Source: an uncultured Flavobacteriaceae bacterium
Lineage (GTDB): Bacteria; Pseudomonadota; Alphaproteobacteria; UBA8366; Aestuariispiraceae
DNA length: 64,000 nt
Assembly (NCBI GenBank): GCA_964350445.1
Contig: CAYGKA010000007.1
Span: forward strand, 41,341 to 105,340
Direction: 5' to 3'
The position numbers were made by a program, and so were the translations under genes. Positions 59,239 through 64,000 of this stretch are shown in pieces; the first letter of the stretch is position 1; the number at the start of each line of letters is the position of its first letter. The notes beneath the pieces are model-generated. The model was not told the DNA's origin. It did no database searches and saw nothing but the letters and a program-made list of their open reading frames with translations.

Positions 59239-61136
59239 ACGGCAGCCCCGACATCATCGCCGGCCCTGCGCAACCGTATCGTGAAGACAGCGCCACCCCC
59301 GGGCGCATTCGCGGCCGCTATCGAACCGCCGAACTGATTGACCAGACCGAACGTTATCGACAGCCCCAGCCCCATTCCCTTCCCCACTTCCTTCGTCGAA
59401 TAAAACGGATCGAAAACACTGGAGATAGAGGCCGCACTGATACCCGGACCGGTATCCCGGATTCGGATCGTAACCGCCGGCCCTTGTGCATCGACATCGA
59501 TGAATATGGTTTTTTCCTGCTGTTCTTGCATGGCGTCCAGCGCATTGGAGAACAAATTCAAGAACACTTGCTGAAGCCGCACGGCGCCGGCCAGGACTTC
59601 CGGGTCCCGGTCCGGCATTCGAAGTTCGATCGCCACGCCTTCCGCATCAATACGGGACTGCAGCAGTGCAACGCTTTCGGCCATAGCGTCCCGAAGTGAT
59701 GTCGGGCGAAGGTCCAGCGGTTCCTCCCGCGCATAGGTGCGGAGGTTGCGAATGATGCGGGCCATGCGTTCGGTCAGTTCGGCGATCCCCGCCAGGTTCT
59801 GGCTCGCGGTGTCCGGGCGGCCTCGATCGAGAAAGCCGATCGCATTGTCGGCATAGGATCTGATTGCGGCCAGCGGTTGGTTCAGTTCGTGACTCAACCC
59901 GGCGGACATTTGGCCCAGTGCCGCTAGTTTGGTTGCTTGGACCAGACCCGCCTGGGCCTTGTGCGCTTCTTCTTGCGCCCTTTCCCGTACACTGATTTCA
60001 CGCTGAAGTTCGATATTCGCTTCAGTCAGTTCATTTGTCCGCTCACGAACCCGTTGCTCCAGTTCGACGTTCACTTGCTCCTGCAAAGCGATCCGCTCCG
60101 ACACACGCCGGCGGCGTTGGTAAACGGCCGTCGCCCCCAGAACCACACTGGCAAGGCATACCGCCGCCACAGCGAGCCCAATTCGAACCTGTGTCCGCAC
60201 ATGGTCTGTCCTTGCCAGCAACAGCACCCGCCACCCGGCTTCGGTCATCTCGACTTCCTGCATTAGGAAGTCCTCTCTCACCAAACCTTGGGTGCCCGCC
60301 GTCGCGGCGACCGTCACGGGTGTGCCGTTGACCCCCGCCCGGCCTTCTGTCTGCAACCCCAAGGGAAGCAGATCTTGCCCGACATATCGCCGGACGTTCT
60401 TCAACGTGATACGCGCTTCCTGCGAAAGAGGAGCGAGAGTCGTGAAACGCCAATACGCATTGCTGCTTAGAAAGATGACCCCTTGGTCGTCGGCGACGAC
60501 AATTTCATGGTCGCGCGTCCGCCAGCCCAATTCATGGCGCCCGATGTCGAGCTTAACGACGAGCACCCCGGGAATCTTTTCACCGTCCCTGATGGGAAAA
60601 GCGAAATAATAACCGCGTTCGCCGGATGTCGTGCCAAGCGCGAAGTAGCGGCCCAAACTGCCATGCATGGCGGTTTTGAAATACGGACGGTAGGAGAAGT
60701 TGTTGCCCACGAACGGCTTGTCGGATGACCAATTGCTTGCCGCGATCGTGAGCCCCGTATTGTCCATCAGGTACGTATCAAGCGCGCCCGATATCGCATT
60801 GATCCGCTCGAGCTCCAGATTGACGGGCGCAATTTCCTCAGGCGTGCGGGGGCCCGCCAGAACCGACCGAAAGAGCGGGTTCGCCGCCAGCACCTGCGGC
60901 AGATAGCGGTATTTGTCGAGATCGCCGCGCAGATTTTCAACGATGAGGTTCAGGGTATTTCGGCTTTGTTCCCCAACCTGGTTGAGGCTGAAATGCCGAA
61001 CCCAATAGGCCGTCTGCCACAAAACAAGTGCGGCTATTCCGGCAAGAAACAGCAGAAGCGCCACCGTAATCTTTTTTGGCTGCGATGCGCCATTCGCGAT
61101 TCCAGCGGAGGATGTCCGGCCAAGCCCAACCGCCAT
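59235..61136 (-). CDS. dctB: Sensor histidine kinase (DctB-type, periplasmic double-PAS/Cache sensor)
   Basis: Two TM segments flanking a periplasmic domain of about 270 aa. H-box GQMSAGLSHELNQPL plus HATPase N/G boxes. 4-nt overlap with dctD. Confidence 0.88.
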   Translation of the reverse strand: MAVGLGRTSSAGIANGASQPKKITVALLLFLAGIAALVLWQTAYWVRHFSLNQVGEQSRNTLNLIVENLRGDLDKYRYLPQVLAANPLFRSVLAGPRTPEEIAPVNLELERINAISGALDTYLMDNTGLTIAASNWSSDKPFVGNNFSYRPYFKTAMHGSLGRYFALGTTSGERGYYFAFPIRDGEKIPGVLVVKLDIGRHELGWRTRDHEIVVADDQGVIFLSSNAYWRFTTLAPLSQEARITLKNVRRYVGQDLLPLGLQTEGRAGVNGTPVTVAATAGTQGLVREDFLMQEVEMTEAGWRVLLLARTDHVRTQVRIGLAVAAVCLASVVLGATAVYQRRRRVSERIALQEQVNVELEQRVRERTNELTEANIELQREISVRERAQEEAHKAQAGLVQATKLAALGQMSAGLSHELNQPLAAIRSYADNAIGFLDRGRPDTASQNLAGIAELTERMARIIRNLRTYAREEPLDLRPTSLRDAMAESVALLQSRIDAEGVAIELRMPDRDPEVLAGAVRLQQVFLNLFSNALDAMQEQQEKTIFIDVDAQGPAVTIRIRDTGPGISAASISSVFDPFYSTKEVGKGMGLGLSITFGLVNQFGGSIAAANAPGGGAVFTIRLRRAGDDVGAAV

Positions 61137-61293
61137 GCATGTACCCCTGAACGCCCTGCATCGGGCGACATTTCATGATTTTCCAGGCAGGAGAATACCC
61201 TGATACACGCGCCAGGCAATCAACGGGCCTGCTCAAACAAGGGCCGGTGAATAAAAAGTTACAGGAACACGGATGCGTCGGTGCGCGGACGGG

Positions 61294-61680
61294 TCACTCG
61301 GCGGACGGGTCGATGCCTTCGCCGAACTCGCCGTTGCGAATTTTCTCCGGTAGGCGTTCAACCAACAACGCCGCGCCGTCACGCCCGAGCAGCCCGACGA
61401 AAACGCTGATCGACAACGCCAGAAGGGATTCATGCACCACTCGGCTCGGAACGCCCTGTTTTTCGCTTGTCTGTATCGCTTCCATGAGCCGGACAATCGT
61501 GTCGCGCCGCCCCTGGGCCAAATCAGCGTCTGAGCCGCCGCCTGCTTCCGCGGGACCTGTGCCAGTGGCCGTATCTTGATTGTCGTTCATCTGCGGTGCT
61601 CCATTGTCAGTCCCGTCCTGGGCATGGAGCGAATTCTCATTTGCCGGCGTATCCGCCATAACGATCCTTAAAGGTTCCAT
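61294..61680 (-). CDS. Hypothetical protein (128 aa; acidic disordered N-terminus, helical C-terminus)
   Basis: ORF with host-like composition. No family recognised. Confidence 0.5.
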   Translation of the reverse strand: MEPLRIVMADTPANENSLHAQDGTDNGAPQMNDNQDTATGTGPAEAGGGSDADLAQGRRDTIVRLMEAIQTSEKQGVPSRVVHESLLALSISVFVGLLGRDGAALLVERLPEKIRNGEFGEGIDPSAE

Positions 61681-61985
61681 ACCATCACTGCGTAGCCTTT
61701 ACTGTCCGGCCACCGGTCAACGCTAACGCAGACGGCCAAGCTTGGCCAGAATGAACGAAACGGCAAAGTTACCAAAAGAATCCTCAGCTCTTCATGAATC
61801 CTTGAATTTCCGCGTTTTATGAGCTATTTTCACAATAGAGGTGGTGAGTTTTCCAGGTAGAATACCATCCGGCTGTCTCGTTACAGCTTGGTTTATACGG
61901 AAAATACCATCTGTAGGGGCAGCGGCGCCGGGCGCCGGTTTAGCCTCGTATCACGGAGTATGGCAGAAGCTTTCCGGAGGTAGAA

Positions 61986-62414
61986 ATGGAAGTTTCCCTT
62001 AACACAACACCTGTTCCGTTGCCGCAGCAGCAGCAATCGAACGCCCCGCAGACACCGGCAGCAGATGCCGGTGCCGTACCGACCCTGCAATCGACGCCGG
62101 ACAATGTCGTGACAGCGGCCGTGGCGCCGTCTGAAACGAACGTTCGTGACGACGACGCATTGCGGCGCCAAGGTGGCGGTGGCCGCGATGGCGGCGTCGC
62201 ATCCTTGCAGGATCTTCAGATCAACGGCCTGCGGACGCGCGTCGGTTTCGATCCAGAGAACGAAACGGTGTTCCTCGAAATCCTGCAGCCCCAAACTGAA
62301 GAAGTGATCCAGCGGATTCCTTCCGAAGGCTTGGTGCAGTTTCTGAACGAGCAATTCGATCAGTTGATTACGAACGGCTCCTCGGACTCGACCGCGGTAG
62401 ACACCTCGGCGTAA
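61986..62414 (+). CDS. flaG: FlaG-family flagellar protein
   Basis: C-terminal VGFDPENETVFLEILQPQTEEVIQRIPSEGLVQFL matches the FlaG family core. GGAGG lies 6 nt upstream of the ATG. Confidence 0.8.
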   Translation: MEVSLNTTPVPLPQQQQSNAPQTPAADAGAVPTLQSTPDNVVTAAVAPSETNVRDDDALRRQGGGGRDGGVASLQDLQINGLRTRVGFDPENETVFLEILQPQTEEVIQRIPSEGLVQFLNEQFDQLITNGSSDSTAVDTSA

Positions 62415-62444
62415 CGGCTATCGCAAAAGCGGCACTTATGCGCA

Positions 62445-62476
62445 CCGGCCGAACGATTTTGCCGGTCGTGTTTTTG
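62445..62476 (+). terminator. Weak terminator-like hairpin after flaG
   Basis: CCGGC (62445-49) pairs with GCCGG (62461-65), followed by a TTTTT run. The stem is short. Confidence 0.35.
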
Positions 62477-62703
62477 CGCGCCCCTTTTGGCTTCTGCCGT
62501 TCATTTTCCAGCCCCAAAGCGCCCAAGTAAGAACCATCGAAATCATGCGCCGGTGAAATGCCGGGGCAGTTTTTTCCTTACCCGGCACAAAACGGCAGGA
62601 ATGAGCCTCCCTTTCCTGCCGACGCCCCCGGCGGCGCGTTCATCACCGCGACTGCCTACGGACAATTCATTGATTTAATGAAGTTTTTTCCTGACCGACA
62701 AAC

Positions 62704-62719
62704 TGGCCCGCCATTTGCT
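62704..62719 (+). promoter_or_regulatory. Sigma-54 (-24/-12) promoter of fliK
   Basis: TGGCCC-GCCAT-TTGCT with GG-N10-GC spacing, 36 nt upstream of the ATG at 62755. Confidence 0.65.
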
Positions 62720-62754
62720 GATATGGCGTCGGAATAAACCGTCAGGAGTTTGTT

Positions 62755-64000
62755 ATGAGCACTGGGGCTGTAGATCGGGTCAATGAAGCCGCCGCAACCG
62801 CGCAGCAGCAGAAGACCAAGAAACAGGGCCAATCTTCCGGCAAGTCGGACTTGTTCGCGACGCTGGTGAAGGGTCAGGTTCCCAGCAACATCGTCTTCAC
62901 GCGCGTGGACAAGCATTTGGACGTCCCGCAGACAGCGAAGACGAACGACGACTCCGTCCCGGTCACGCCGGCGCGCGACGAACGCGTTGCCGACGACGCC
63001 GATCCGGTTGAGACCTATGAAACCAGCGCCGCCCATGAAACGACCGAACCCGTAAGGGACAACGCCACGCCCAAGAAGGCGCAGGGCGGAAACGATGCAA
63101 GTCAACCGGAAGCGCAGGCCAGCGACGCCCCTGCCGCGCCGGAAGCCGCAGAGAAGGCGGCCAGCGCTCAGAATGCCGCGCCCGACGCGTCTAAGGCCGC
63201 CGCAGCGCAGAATGGCCAGGTAGCGAGCGACGGGACCGATACCGTCGCGAAAGCAGTCGTTGCCGACGCCTCGGTTGTGAAGCAACAGGCCACCAACACG
63301 AACGCAGCAAACAAACCGCAAGACGCCGCAGCGAATGTGAAGGGGCAGAGTGACCTTGCCGGCCAGGATACGGATCTGGCGCAAAAAGCCGCCAATGCGG
63401 CCAAGGGCAAAGTCAGCAAGACCGAGCAGGCCGTCGCCAAGCCGAGCACCGCCCTTGCATCCGAAACGACGGTTACAGCACAGTCCGCCGCGACGGCCCA
63501 ATCCGCCAAACCGGTTCAGGCCGGCGCGGGCCGCCCGACGGCGACGCAATTGGCCAACGCGGCCAGCGACGCGGAAACCCCTGCGCCGGCTGCGAACGGG
63601 TTGGCCCGGGCTAACGCCAATGGCGCGGCTACGAAGGGTGCTGAGAAGTCTGGCGCCAACAACCAAGCCGGAACCAATCAGAACGCCAATGCCGCCGCCT
63701 CACAGAACCCAGCCGCCGCGGCGTTCGATCAGATGGTTGCAAAGGCAGCCATGCAAACGCCCACCGGCTCGCAAGCGACCAACGCAACCGTCCAGAATGT
63801 CGGCGCCACCGCATCAGACTCTGTGACCGGTTCAGGCACCATACAGAACGCCCAGACCAATTCGGCCGCCCGCGCCGCTGCCCAAACGGCGGCCGCGGCA
63901 AAACCGAACGTGCCACCGCAAGTCGTCACCGATCAGGTTGCCGTCAACATCAACCGCGCCGCCGGCCAGGGATTGGATCGCATTTCCATCCAGATGCGCC
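62755..64000 (+). CDS. fliK: Flagellar hook-length control protein FliK (3' end outside window)
   Basis: Not in the ORF track because no stop is reached. ATG at 62755 after AGGAG. I read the frame through to 64000 without a stop. The body is Ala/Gln/Asn-rich and low-complexity, then QVVTDQVAVNINRAAGQGLDRISIQMR begins the Flg_hook domain. Confidence 0.8.
   Translation, partial: MSTGAVDRVNEAAATAQQQKTKKQGQSSGKSDLFATLVKGQVPSNIVFTRVDKHLDVPQTAKTNDDSVPVTPARDERVADDADPVETYETSAAHETTEPVRDNATPKKAQGGNDASQPEAQASDAPAAPEAAEKAASAQNAAPDASKAAAAQNGQVASDGTDTVAKAVVADASVVKQQATNTNAANKPQDAAANVKGQSDLAGQDTDLAQKAANAAKGKVSKTEQAVAKPSTALASETTVTAQSAATAQSAKPVQAGAGRPTATQLANAASDAETPAPAANGLARANANGAATKGAEKSGANNQAGTNQNANAAASQNPAAAAFDQMVAKAAMQTPTGSQATNATVQNVGATASDSVTGSGTIQNAQTNSAARAAAQTAAAAKPNVPPQVVTDQVAVNINRAAGQGLDRISIQMR

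Noticed and set aside
56422-59337. Long plus-strand ORFs 56422..57738 and 58174..59337
   Set aside because: They are antisense to dctP and dctD respectively, both of which have strong family motifs.
62656-63666. 336-aa ORF on the minus strand
   Set aside because: Antisense to the open-ended fliK frame. That frame has an AGGAG RBS, a sigma-54 promoter and the start of a Flg_hook domain. The minus ORF is Arg/Gly-rich.
62900-63900. Apparent repeats in the fliK region
   Set aside because: This is a low-complexity Ala/Gln/Asn/Thr-rich coding sequence, typical of the FliK ruler region. It is not a discrete tandem DNA repeat or a CRISPR-like array.

Overview
High-GC chromosomal segment from an alphaproteobacterium. 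The lineage call rests on a circularly permuted two-piece tmRNA and on FliX/FlaF/FlbT-type flagellar regulators.

Left third (1-28.7 kb): mostly housekeeping.
- Sulfur assimilation: cysG-DUF2849-cysI-DUF934-metZ-rhodanese.
- Other genes: hutI/hutF, an RraA-like gene, a PP2C-like gene, bactofilin, trxB, folA-thyA, an HTH regulator with an MFS pump, a Rieske-fusion protein, nitronate monooxygenase, ssrA followed by sspB, class I fumarate hydratase, a TauD-family dioxygenase, phoD and dksA.
- A small mosaic patch at about 24.9-26.5 kb carries duplicated gene-end fragments.

Right two thirds (28.9-64 kb): a late flagellar gene cluster, in the order fliX / flgI-flgJ-orf / flgK ... flgL-flaF ... flbT ... 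flaG-fliK. It is interrupted three times:
1. A 14.5-kb, 13-gene sugar-modification/glycosyltransferase island plus two tandem flagellin genes, lying between flgK and flgL.
2. A formyltransferase-fold gene between flaF and an inverted flbT.
3. A sigma-54-dependent dctPQM-dctBD TRAP module.

By eye I found eight -24/-12 (sigma-54-type) promoters. They precede flgI, flgK, flgL, flagellin-1, flbT, fliK, dctP and the sugar aminotransferase operon of the island.

The best candidate for something undescribed is the flagellin-glycosylation island. It has an unusual enzyme set and two different flagellin glycosyltransferase families side by side. No NeuB/PseB/PseG-type genes are visible in the window, and part of the island appears wired into the flagellar sigma-54 hierarchy.

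I saw no CRISPR arrays, tRNA/rRNA genes, transposases or integrases. All functional calls come from motif recognition in the supplied translations, and no database search was run.
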